From NCBI GenBank assembly GCA_026005055.1, contig BPKI01000001.1, positions 1,604,566 to 1,668,565 of the forward strand: a DNA stretch of 64,000 nucleotides, read 5' to 3'. A program made the position numbers and the translations under genes. Below, piece after piece: positions 52,901 through 60,965 of this stretch. The notes under the pieces are model-generated. The model worked only from the letters and a program-made list of their open reading frames with translations, made no database searches and was not told the DNA's origin. How positions within the stretch are numbered: the first letter of the stretch is position 1; every line of letters begins with the position of its first letter. This stretch comes from Lysobacterales bacterium. Lineage in GTDB: Bacteria > Pseudomonadota > Gammaproteobacteria > Xanthomonadales > BPKI01.

Positions 52901-54925
52901 TCGCAAGGCTACGACCACAAGAAGATGGGGATCACCGCGAAGGGCGCATGGGAATCGGTGAAACGTCACTTCCGCGCGCTCGGCCGCGACTGCCAGAGCG
53001 AGGATTTCACCTGCGTGGGCATCGGTGACATGTCTGGCGATGTCTTCGGCAACGGCATGCTCCTGTCGCGGCACATCAAGTTGATCGCCGCCTTCGACCA
53101 TCGTCACATCTTCATCGATCCGGACCCCGATCCGGCGCTGAGCTACGCGGAGCGTGAGCGGCTTTTCCGGCTGCCGCGTTCGAGTTGGGACGACTACGAC
53201 AAGTCACTGATCTCGAAGGGCGGCGGCGTCTGGCCGCGCAGCGCCAAGGCGATCCGTTTGAGTGCAGAGGCACGGCGTGCGCTCGGCTTGCCCGAGAGCG
53301 ATGCGCCGATGACGCCTGCGGAGTTGATCCGCGCGATCCTCAAGGCGCCGGTGGACCTGCTCTGGAACGGCGGCATCGGCACTTACGTCAAGGCGAGCAG
53401 CGAGAGTCACGCCGAGGTGGGAGACCGGGCGAACGATGCGTTGCGGGTGGATGGCCGAGAGCTGCGCTGCAAGGTGGTCGGGGAGGGCGGAAACCTCGGA
53501 TTCACCCAGCGCGGGCGGGTGGAGGCGGCGCTCCACGGCGTACTGCTCAATACCGACTTCATCGACAACTCGGCCGGTGTGGATACCTCCGACCATGAGG
53601 TCAACATCAAGATCCTGCTCAGCGATGCGGTGCGTCGCGGCGAGCTCTCCCTCGAGGATCGCAATCGCCTGCTCGCCGACATGACCGCTGAGGTGGAATC
53701 GCTGGTGCTCTGGGACAATTACCGCCAGAACCAGGCGATCAGCCTGATGGAGCGGCTGAGCGTGGCCCGGCTCGGTGCCAAGCAGCACTTCGTGCGGGTG
53801 CTCGAAGAGCGCGGTGTCCTCGACCGTGAGCTCGAGGGCTTGCCGAGCGAGAACGAGTTCAAGGAGCGGCGGCTTCGCGGGCTTGGCTTGACCCGGCCGG
53901 AGCTCGCCGTTTTGCTCTCGTACTCCAAGATCGTGCTCTATCAAGAGCTGCTCGCCTCCGACGTCCCCGAGGATGGCTACCTCGGACGCGAGCTTGCGCG
54001 ATATTTCCCGGAGCCTCTGCGCGAGCGCTTCGCCGAGCACATGGCTCGTCATCCGCTGAAACGCGAGATCATCGCCACCGCGGTGACCAACTCGCTGGTC
54101 AACCGCATGGGCTCGACCTTCGTCTTGCGGATGCAGGAGGACACTGCGCGCAGTTCGGGGGAGATCGCGAAAGCCTTCACCGCGGCCCGCGAAATTTTCA
54201 ACGCTCGCAGCCTCTGGGAGCGGATCGACGCCCTCGACGGCAAAGTGTCCGATGCGGTGCAGATCGACGCCCTGATCGCACTGTGGTCGCTGCTGCGCCA
54301 CGCGACCCGCTGGCTGCTCAACGACGAACTCGGCCGCAGCGACATCGCCGGGGCCGTGGGCCGCTACGCCAGCGGTGTGGCCGAGCTTTGGGACCGTCTG
54401 CCGGAGGCCCTATCCGCAACCGGATTGCGGCACTGGGAAGAGCGGCTTGCGGCATGGCGCGAGCGAGGCCTGCCCGGCGACATCGCCGAGCCGCTGGCGG
54501 GTTCAGCGCCGATGAGCGCCGCGCTCGACGTCGTGGAGATCGCCCAGCGGGCGCATGGCTCGGTCACCGAGGCCGCGCGTGCCTATTTCGCGCTCGGCGA
54601 TGCCTTGCATCTGCATTGGCTCCTCGAGCGAATCGAGAGCCTGGAGGTCGAGGGCTTCTGGCACGCGAACGCGCGCGGTGCGTTGCGCGACGAGCTGCTT
54701 TCGCATCAGAGGACCCTCACCGTGGCTCTGCTTGAGCGGATGAGCGGCCGTTTCGATCCGCAGGTGCTCGCAGACTGGGTGGCGAGCAGCGATCCGGCGA
54801 TGCGCGCGACCCGGGCGATGCTGGAGTCGATGCGGAGCCTGGTGCGGATGGACTATGCGACCGTCCTCGTGGCCGTGCGCCGGGTGGCGCAGTTGGCGGC
54901 GGATCCGCTGTCGCGAACGGGCTGA
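49964..54925 (+). CDS. Large NAD-specific glutamate dehydrogenase (about 180-kDa bacterial class)
   Basis: 1653 aa from ATG 49964. Size and the central catalytic block (...VPVGAKGGFYVK...VVAADKGTATFSD...GDMSGDVFGNGML) fit the giant NAD-GDH family. Confidence 0.85.
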   Translation: MASIESLGAQAVNRDTLLEAIISVAPPARRDELGRFARIFLRRVPEEDLAGREVGDWSGMLADWLSFLRTRRAESVKLRIFEPSREAEGWSSDHSIVQILNDDMPFLVDSVSMAIAAAGHAIHAIFHPVVSVERDPSGHLLGFSESGHRMRESLIHVEIDRIAEAQDALALKASIEQSLAEVRAAVRDWRKMRERMLELAARLETLRAPVAAEEREEARALLQWLAEDHFTFLGYREYRRVTREDRDWLEAVPGTGLGILRDDMRPSKPRPLDSLAVPSGEMEAAGDALILTKTNARSLVHRPGYMDYIGLLEFDDRGRPVGERRFVGLFTSSAYNRRPWEIPLIRRKFEQVMQRSGLSPEGHSGKALRHILETLPRDELFQAPVDELERIAIGILNLQERQRTRLFVRRDRYGRFFSCLVFIPRDRFNTATRLRIEELLMRALEGERCDSQVMVGESTLARVHLVIRPRAGANPAFSAQQLESEIARIVRDWFDELREALVRRHGEEKGLRLAHRYGRSLPAGYIERVKPELAAIDVEELSRLRDAADLRVQIYRLDRDPPQVLRLKLFRWGDPIALSDALPLLESLGLRVISEHPYTVQLQSGRAAIQDFELMPASGKSVAVDEVRSRLIEAFLGLWQGTYECDRFNCLILEAGLDARQVSVLRAYCKYLLQLGVPFSQAYMEQAFAAHPEIALLLVELFAARFDPLRVLDPTEAESVAEAEKQRLLGPLPSSARERLGALLEAVASRRAEPRETQIESVRQALNAGLDLVDSLDQDRIFRLFMTLIEASLRTNAYQQRDGRPVETLAFKFDPQRIPELPRPRPYREIFVYSPRVEGVHLRFGPVARGGLRWSDRREDFRTEVLGLVKAQMVKNTIIVPVGAKGGFYVKNPPPGGDRDAVLAEGVACYRLFINALLDLTDNRVDGQIVPPPDTVRHDGDDPYLVVAADKGTATFSDIANAVALERGFWLGDAFASGGSQGYDHKKMGITAKGAWESVKRHFRALGRDCQSEDFTCVGIGDMSGDVFGNGMLLSRHIKLIAAFDHRHIFIDPDPDPALSYAERERLFRLPRSSWDDYDKSLISKGGGVWPRSAKAIRLSAEARRALGLPESDAPMTPAELIRAILKAPVDLLWNGGIGTYVKASSESHAEVGDRANDALRVDGRELRCKVVGEGGNLGFTQRGRVEAALHGVLLNTDFIDNSAGVDTSDHEVNIKILLSDAVRRGELSLEDRNRLLADMTAEVESLVLWDNYRQNQAISLMERLSVARLGAKQHFVRVLEERGVLDRELEGLPSENEFKERRLRGLGLTRPELAVLLSYSKIVLYQELLASDVPEDGYLGRELARYFPEPLRERFAEHMARHPLKREIIATAVTNSLVNRMGSTFVLRMQEDTARSSGEIAKAFTAAREIFNARSLWERIDALDGKVSDAVQIDALIALWSLLRHATRWLLNDELGRSDIAGAVGRYASGVAELWDRLPEALSATGLRHWEERLAAWRERGLPGDIAEPLAGSAPMSAALDVVEIAQRAHGSVTEAARAYFALGDALHLHWLLERIESLEVEGFWHANARGALRDELLSHQRTLTVALLERMSGRFDPQVLADWVASSDPAMRATRAMLESMRSLVRMDYATVLVAVRRVAQLAADPLSRTG

Positions 54926-54936
54926 GCGGGCGTGCC

Positions 54937-55377
54937 TCAGCGTCTTGCCTGGAAGAAGGCATGATCGCCGATCACGGCGATGGGCTCGCCCTCGGCCCAG
55001 GGTCGCACCGTGCCATCGTCGAGGTGAAAATGCTCGGCGCGAGGGACGATGTAGCGGCGCCGACCAGGACCGCGGTTCCATTCGCGCAGGGTGGCCAGGG
55101 AGGATCTCACTACGTTTTCCCAGGCATGGGGTTCTTGCAGGAGGTAACGTCGGGAGACACGACCGGTGGCGAACTGTCCGGGCGCCAAGACGACGTCGCA
55201 GGCGTTGGTGCCATAACGGCCGCTGTCGCGCCGGCGCAGGATCACTTCGGCCACTGCGCGTTGGCCCTCTTCGGACTGGTTGCGAGCCTCGAGATAGACC
55301 GTCGTCGCGAGGCAGAGGGGTTCGGCGAGGGAGGGCGGGAGGACGCCAACCAGCCAAAGGATCCATCCGAGTTGCAT
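54937..55377 (-). CDS. Cell-wall hydrolase, SleB-like (Hydrolase_2) domain protein
   Basis: 146 aa with a signal-like N-terminus: CLATTVYLEARNQSEEGQRAVAEVILRRR...CDVVLAPGQFA. Confidence 0.7.
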   Translation of the reverse strand: MQLGWILWLVGVLPPSLAEPLCLATTVYLEARNQSEEGQRAVAEVILRRRDSGRYGTNACDVVLAPGQFATGRVSRRYLLQEPHAWENVVRSSLATLREWNRGPGRRRYIVPRAEHFHLDDGTVRPWAEGEPIAVIGDHAFFQARR

Positions 55378-55516
55378 GCTGTCTCACCTCCGGAGTCGGG
55401 AACGGCGCTCCATCGTGACCGCCGGAAGATCGCAGAGAGGCGGCATGAGGAGAACCGCTTCGGGTTCGACCACGGGACGCCACGCCATCAAGACGGGTGC
55501 CCGCCGTCGTACGGAG

Positions 55517-55657
55517 TGCCCGCACATCACCCGTCCGAGAGGGGTGCGGGCATGAGTTCGGCCGAGGCCGGATGCCGATTATCATGGGCGGATTGCACTG
55601 GAGCAAGTCCTCCAGTGAGGCGTCGAACCGCGAGCGCGGCTGTCGCGCGGCCTCGGC
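55517..55657. other. Structured, lower-GC intergenic element upstream of hisS; candidate leader or small RNA, strand unknown
   Basis: Perfect helices read directly: 55517-25/55544-52 (9 bp), 55561-70/55648-57 (10 bp, enclosing) and 55596-603/55610-17 (8 bp). Confidence 0.3.
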
Positions 55658-55703
55658 AGGGCTTAAGCTTGCGCGCCGATTTCGACGGTGAGACTGCGCG
55701 GCA

Positions 55704-57098
55704 ATGAATGCGGTGATCAGACCTCGTACGATGCCCGGCGTGCTCGAGCTCCTGCCGCGCGAGCAGATCGCTTTTCAGCGGATGCTCGACACGATCCGAC
55801 GCGTTTACGAGCGGCATGGTTTTCTCCCCATCGAAACCCCGGCCATCGAGCTCGCCGAGGTTTTGCTGACCAAGAGTGGCGGCGAGACCGAGCGGCAGGT
55901 CTATTTCGTCCAGTCCACGGGCGCGCTGGAGCAGGGTCATGCGCCCGAGCTCGCTCTGCGTTTCGATCTCACGGTGCCGCTCGCGCGTTACGTGGCCGAG
56001 CACGAGCACGAGCTCCATTTCCCGTTCCGCCGCTATCAGATCCAGCGCGTGTACCGCGGCGAGCGAGCCCAACGCGGACGCTTCCGCGAGTTTTACCAAT
56101 GCGACATCGACATCGTGGGCAAGGATCGGCTCTCGATCCGTCATGACGCCGAGATGCCGGCGGTGATCCATGCCGTCTTCGAGGAGCTGGCGATCGGCCC
56201 TTTCACCATCCGGCTCAATCACCGCAAGATCCTCAAGGGTGTGCTGGCGGGTCTCGGCCTGATCGAGACGGCGGCCCAGTCGGCGGCGCTGCGAGCCCTC
56301 GATAAGCTCGACAAGAAGCCGCGGGATGAGCTCCTCGCCGAGCTGAGCGCCGCGGGGCTCTCCGCTGCCGCGTCCGAGACCCTGCTCGCCTGGGCCGTGG
56401 AGCGCAGCCCTGGTTACGAAGCGGCGCAGGCGATGCTGAGTGCACTGCCGGAGCGTTTTCCCGCCGGCGGAGCGCTCATGAGGGCAGGGGCAGAGGAGCT
56501 TGCCGAGGTCTTCGCCTGCATGGCGGAGCTCGGCGTGCCCGGCCATCGTGTGATGCTCGATTTCTCCATCGCGCGCGGGCTCGACTACTACACCGGCACC
56601 GTCTACGAGACGACGCTCGATGCGCATCCGGAGATCGGCAGCATCTGTTCGGGAGGGCGTTACGAGGATCTCGCCTCCCACTACACGCGCTCGCGCCTGC
56701 CCGGTGTGGGCATCTCCATCGGGGCCACTCGTCTGTTCTGGCAGCTGCGCGAGGCGGGACTGATCCGCGCCGCGGAGAGCACCGTCGAGGTGTTGGTGTG
56801 TCTGCTGGAGGATGCGCTGCGTCCGACCTCCTTGGCGCTCGCCAGCGAGCTGCGTGCGGCCGGGATCGCCACCGAGGCGGTGCTCGAACCGCGCAAGCTC
56901 GCCAAGCAGCTTCAGTACGCCGATCGCGCCGGCATCCCCTTCGCCGTACTCGTCGGCGAGGACGAACTCGCGCGCGGGGAGGTCAGCGTTCGGGATCTCC
57001 TACGCGGAGAACAGTTCCGGGTCGCGCGCAGCGAACTGGCCGCGACGCTGAGGGTCGAGATCGAGCAAGGCCGGGCATTGCGCCGGGGATCGCCGTGA
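55704..57098 (+). CDS. hisS: Histidine--tRNA ligase (long, non-E. coli-type form)
   Basis: 464 aa: class II motifs [27 protein letters not shown] and ...[13 protein letters not shown]..., with a C-terminal anticodon-binding domain. Confidence 0.9.
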   Translation: MNAVIRPRTMPGVLELLPREQIAFQRMLDTIRRVYERHGFLPIETPAIELAEVLLTKSGGETERQVYFVQSTGALEQGHAPELALRFDLTVPLARYVAEHEHELHFPFRRYQIQRVYRGERAQRGRFREFYQCDIDIVGKDRLSIRHDAEMPAVIHAVFEELAIGPFTIRLNHRKILKGVLAGLGLIETAAQSAALRALDKLDKKPRDELLAELSAAGLSAAASETLLAWAVERSPGYEAAQAMLSALPERFPAGGALMRAGAEELAEVFACMAELGVPGHRVMLDFSIARGLDYYTGTVYETTLDAHPEIGSICSGGRYEDLASHYTRSRLPGVGISIGATRLFWQLREAGLIRAAESTVEVLVCLLEDALRPTSLALASELRAAGIATEAVLEPRKLAKQLQYADRAGIPFAVLVGEDELARGEVSVRDLLRGEQFRVARSELAATLRVEIEQGRALRRGSP

Positions 57099-59014
57099 TG
57101 GAAAGCCTCGTTCTCGACGGGCGCTCGCTCTCGATCGCGGAGGTGCTTCAGGCGGCCAAGGGATCGGTTCGTCTGGTCCTCGACCGAAAGCAACTCGAAC
57201 AGGTGGAACGTTGCGCGCGTTTCGTCGCGGCGCAGGTGGCGGCGGGGGAGGCGATCTACGGCGTGACCACGGGCTTCGGGAGCAATGCCGAGCGCTTGCT
57301 CGGCAAACGTCCGCTTCGTGCCGATGTCGATCCCGAGGTTCACGGCCGGCGTCCGCCGCCTCCATCGGAGCTTCAGCGCAATCTGATCCTGAGCCATGCG
57401 GTCGGGGTCGGCGAAGCACTCGCGCCGGAGGTGGTGCGGGCGATGATGGTGATCCGGATCAACACGCTGATGCGTGGCCATTCCGGTATCCGCGCCAAGG
57501 TCCTCGAGCGCCTCGTTAGGCTTCACAACGCCGGGGTGGTCCCGGTCGTGCCGGAGAAGGGCTCCGTGGGCGCTTCGGGCGATCTGGCACCGCTTTCGCA
57601 CTTGGCTCTGCTCCTGCTCGGAGAGGGAGAGGCGTTCCTCGACGGGGTGCGCTTGCCGGGGGCGCAGGCGCTCGCTGCTCTCGGTCTGGAACCCATCGAA
57701 CTCGGGCCGAAGGAGGGGCTGGCCCTCAACAACGGCACCAGCCTGATGCTCGCCTTCGCCTGCCTGAGCCTGGCGGGCCTCGAACGCCTTCTCGACCTCG
57801 CGGATCTCGCCGCCGCTCTCTCCCTGGAGGCATTCGCGGGTCGCAGCGCGGCCTTCGATCCTCGCGTCCACGTGCTTCGGCCCCATGCCGGCCAGATCGC
57901 CTGTGCGCGGCGCATCCGCCAACTCATCGCCGGATCGGCGCTGATCGATCTCGATTACCACCTCGCGCCCGCCTTCGCGCCGTGGACGCCGGCAGCCTGG
58001 TGGTCGGAGGATCTCGCGCGGTTGAGCTTCGACATCCGCTGGCGTTGGGTGCGGCCGGAGGAGCGCGAGGGCCGCGAGGCTTTCTATGCCCGCCATCGGC
58101 CTTTCCGCGGCGGAAAGAAGCATCAGCCGCAGGATGCGTATTCCTTGCGCTGCGTGCCGCAGGTCCACGGAGCGGTTCGCGATCTGTTGGCGCGGGTGCG
58201 GGCGGTGCTCGAGTGCGAGCTCAACGCCGTCACCGACAATCCGATCGTCTTTCCCGAAGCGCGGGAGGTCCGGGAGCAATTCGTCTCTGCGGGCAACTTC
58301 CACGGGATGCCATTGGCCTTGGCCTTGGCCGAGCTCAAGCTCGCCGCGCCGGTTTTGGCCTCGATGTCCGAGAGGCGCATCGCCAAACTGCTCGATCCGG
58401 CCACTTCGGATGGACTGCCGCCATTCCTGGTCGGCAACGAGGACGCCACCGATTCCGGGCTGATGATCGTGCAATACACCGCGGCCGCCTTGGTCAACGA
58501 GTTGGCGACCGCATCGCACCCCGCTTGCGTCTACTCGATTCCCACCAGCGCGAATGCCGAGGACCATGTCTCGATGGGGGCGACCGAGGGCCGGCAGGTT
58601 TTCGCCATGCTGGCCGACCTCGAGCGGGTGATCGGCCTGGAACTGTTCGTCGCCTGCCAAGCCCTCGAGCTGCGCAGCCAGATGATCGAGGCGGCGCGTG
58701 CGACGGGCCGCGCCGGCGCGGAGCGCTTGATCACCAAGATCGAGGGCGCTCCCGAGCCTGGCACGGCCCTCAGGCCACAGTTCGAGCGAGAAGTCGCCGA
58801 GCTTGCCGCGGAGCTGGCGGAGCGGCCGTCTTGCCCGCCGGGGCCGGTGGCGCGGGCGGTGCTCGCCTCGCTTCGCGCCGCCGGGGTGGCCTTCCTCGAG
58901 CGCGACCGCGCGCTCGATCAAGACCTGCGTGTGCTCTTCGACTGGGTGGCGCGCGGCGAGCCTCTGCGCGCGGCGGCGGAAGCGCTCGCCGAACACGGCG
59001 CCGAGGGTCGCTAG
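57098..59014 (+). CDS. MIO-dependent aromatic-amino-acid/histidine ammonia-lyase family protein (HAL-like, divergent, 638 aa)
   Basis: GSVGASGDLAPLSH (the Ala-Ser-Gly MIO triad at 57572-57580), LILSHAVGVG, QDAYSLRCVPQVHG and TDNPIVF. ATG overlaps the hisS stop (TGATG). Confidence 0.85.
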   Translation: MESLVLDGRSLSIAEVLQAAKGSVRLVLDRKQLEQVERCARFVAAQVAAGEAIYGVTTGFGSNAERLLGKRPLRADVDPEVHGRRPPPPSELQRNLILSHAVGVGEALAPEVVRAMMVIRINTLMRGHSGIRAKVLERLVRLHNAGVVPVVPEKGSVGASGDLAPLSHLALLLLGEGEAFLDGVRLPGAQALAALGLEPIELGPKEGLALNNGTSLMLAFACLSLAGLERLLDLADLAAALSLEAFAGRSAAFDPRVHVLRPHAGQIACARRIRQLIAGSALIDLDYHLAPAFAPWTPAAWWSEDLARLSFDIRWRWVRPEEREGREAFYARHRPFRGGKKHQPQDAYSLRCVPQVHGAVRDLLARVRAVLECELNAVTDNPIVFPEAREVREQFVSAGNFHGMPLALALAELKLAAPVLASMSERRIAKLLDPATSDGLPPFLVGNEDATDSGLMIVQYTAAALVNELATASHPACVYSIPTSANAEDHVSMGATEGRQVFAMLADLERVIGLELFVACQALELRSQMIEAARATGRAGAERLITKIEGAPEPGTALRPQFEREVAELAAELAERPSCPPGPVARAVLASLRAAGVAFLERDRALDQDLRVLFDWVARGEPLRAAAEALAEHGAEGR

Positions 59015-59925
59015 CGGTTGGCCATCTGGCCGCTGCCCACCTCCGCATCGGTGACCGTTCGCCTGGCCAAAACCGCCTCGCGGTGGGCGATGTAGGCGGT
59101 GGCAGCGAGGATGATTCCGGCACCGAACAAGGTATGGCGGTCGAGGCGCTCGGCGAACAGGAGCCAAGCGAAAAAGGCGACCAAGGGCAGCTGCAGAAAG
59201 TTGAGCGGCTGGAGTGCCGAGGCATCGCCCCGTTTGTAGGCGCCGGTGAGGGCGAGATGGCCCACCGTTCCGAACAGCCCGGTCAGGGCGACCCAGATCC
59301 AACCGGCGGCGCTCGGCCAGGTCCAGTAAGGCAGAGCCGGCGGCAACGACAGCGGGGTCATGATCAGCACCATCCAGATCACGATCGCGCCGGTCGGCTC
59401 CGTGCGCGACAGAAACTTGATGCTCACCGCGGCCGCCGCCGCGAGGAAGGCGGAAAGCAGCGCGACGAGCGTGGGCCAGGAAGTCTCCAGAGCGCCGGGG
59501 CGGATGATCACGAGCGCACCGAGAAAGCCGACGATCACCGCACTCCAGCGCCGGAGCCTGACCTTCTCGCGCAGGAAGAACACGGCAAGCACGGTGACGA
59601 ACAAAGGCGTGGTGTACGACAGGGCCACGGCTTGGGCGAGCGGCAGGTGGACCAGCGACCAGAAGCCGGTGAGCATCGCTGCGAGCCCGATCAGGCAGCG
59701 CAGGAAGTAAAGCCCCAAGCGGCGGGTTCGCAGCGAGACATGGGAGCCCGCCAGCAGCGGCAAGGCGAAGATCAGCCCGAAGAGGTTGCGGAAGAAGGCG
59801 ATTTGGAAAGGGTGGAGCTCCGCCGCCGCCATTCGGATGCCCACCGCCATCAGTCCGAACATGATCGCGCTGGCCGCCATCAGGAGGATCGCTTGAGTGG
59901 GGTCCCGCCGGGGATCGCTGCTCAC
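59011..59925 (-). CDS. EamA/DMT-superfamily transporter
   Basis: 304 aa from GTG 59925, about 10 TM, two EamA-like repeats. The upper part of the 445-aa ORF overlaps murB and was discarded. Confidence 0.75.
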   Translation of the reverse strand: MSSDPRRDPTQAILLMAASAIMFGLMAVGIRMAAAELHPFQIAFFRNLFGLIFALPLLAGSHVSLRTRRLGLYFLRCLIGLAAMLTGFWSLVHLPLAQAVALSYTTPLFVTVLAVFFLREKVRLRRWSAVIVGFLGALVIIRPGALETSWPTLVALLSAFLAAAAAVSIKFLSRTEPTGAIVIWMVLIMTPLSLPPALPYWTWPSAAGWIWVALTGLFGTVGHLALTGAYKRGDASALQPLNFLQLPLVAFFAWLLFAERLDRHTLFGAGIILAATAYIAHREAVLARRTVTDAEVGSGQMANR

Positions 59926-60965
59926 GGCCAGGACCCTCCGACGATCGCCGGCTCGGGCTCGAGCTCCACTTGGAAACGCGCGAGCACGGCATCGCGCACC
60001 CGGCGCGCGAGATCGAGAACGGCTCCTCCTTCGGCTCCGGGCTCGCTCACGATCACCAGGGCGTGTTGGGGTGAGATCCGGCAGCCTCGGCCGGTCAGTG
60101 TTTTCAGGCCGCAGGCTTCGATCAGGAACGCCGCGGGCACCTTGATCGTGCCATCCGCCTGCGGCCAGCCGGGGAGCGCGGGGAGCTCGTTTCGGAGCGC
60201 TTGGTAGCGATCCGCCGGCAGCACGGGGTTCTTGAAGAAGCTGCCCAGGTTCGGCTCTCGCGCCGGGTCTGGCAGTTTTCGCCGCCTGAGCGCCGCGACC
60301 GCGCGGGCGATGTGGGCGGGGTCGTCCTCTCGACCGCCCAAGGCGCAAAGCATCTCGCGCAGGCCGGGATAATCAAGGCGCGGTGCCGGCTCGCTGCTCA
60401 GGCGGAGGCGAATCGCGGTGATCAGCCAGCGATCCTGGCCGGACGCGCGGCGAAAGCGGCTGCTGCGGTAGCCGAGGTCGCATTCCTCGGCCTTCAGTCG
60501 AAGATGGCGAGCCTCCTCAAGATCGAACAGCTCCACCTCTTCCAGCACTTCGTGAAGCTCGCGGCCGTAGGCGCCGATGTTTTGCACCGGGGCGGCCCCC
60601 ACCGTGCCCGGGATGGACACCAGGTTCTCGAGGCCCCAAAGCCCGCGTCGCACGCTTTCCCACACCAGCCGATCCCATCGCTCCCCGGCGGCGACCTCGA
60701 CCGCAGTCACGCCTTGCTTCGCCTCGCGCCAGCGAAGGCCGCGCTTCCTGAAACGGATCAAGAGGCCCGGGAAATCGCCGGCGAAGAGCACATTGCTTCC
60801 CTCGCCGAGGACCAGGCGCGGCAGGCCCGCGAGCGGTGGGACGGAAAGCGCCTCGGCGAGCGCTTCGACGTGTTCGGTTTCGATGAGCCAGGCCGCGCGC
60901 GCCCGCGTGCGCATGTAACTGAGCGCGGAAAGCTCCGGTCGTGCGCAGAGCCGAAAAGGGCTCAC
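59922..60965 (-). CDS. murB: UDP-N-acetylenolpyruvoylglucosamine reductase
   Basis: LVLGEGSNVLF FAD-binding motif and ...GSFFKNP... GTG 60965 is proposed because it gives a GTGA overlap with the pyrD stop; ATG 60998 is the alternative. Confidence 0.88.
   Translation of the reverse strand: MSPFRLCARPELSALSYMRTRARAAWLIETEHVEALAEALSVPPLAGLPRLVLGEGSNVLFAGDFPGLLIRFRKRGLRWREAKQGVTAVEVAAGERWDRLVWESVRRGLWGLENLVSIPGTVGAAPVQNIGAYGRELHEVLEEVELFDLEEARHLRLKAEECDLGYRSSRFRRASGQDRWLITAIRLRLSSEPAPRLDYPGLREMLCALGGREDDPAHIARAVAALRRRKLPDPAREPNLGSFFKNPVLPADRYQALRNELPALPGWPQADGTIKVPAAFLIEACGLKTLTGRGCRISPQHALVIVSEPGAEGGAVLDLARRVRDAVLARFQVELEPEPAIVGGSWP

Noticed and set aside
56912-59992. A 1026-aa minus-strand ORF spanning the hisS 3' end, the HAL-like gene and the DMT transporter region.
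   Set aside because: It runs antisense to HAL and out of frame with the DMT gene. It is extremely Arg/Pro/Gly-rich and it crosses a convergent gene boundary. This is a high-GC artefact.
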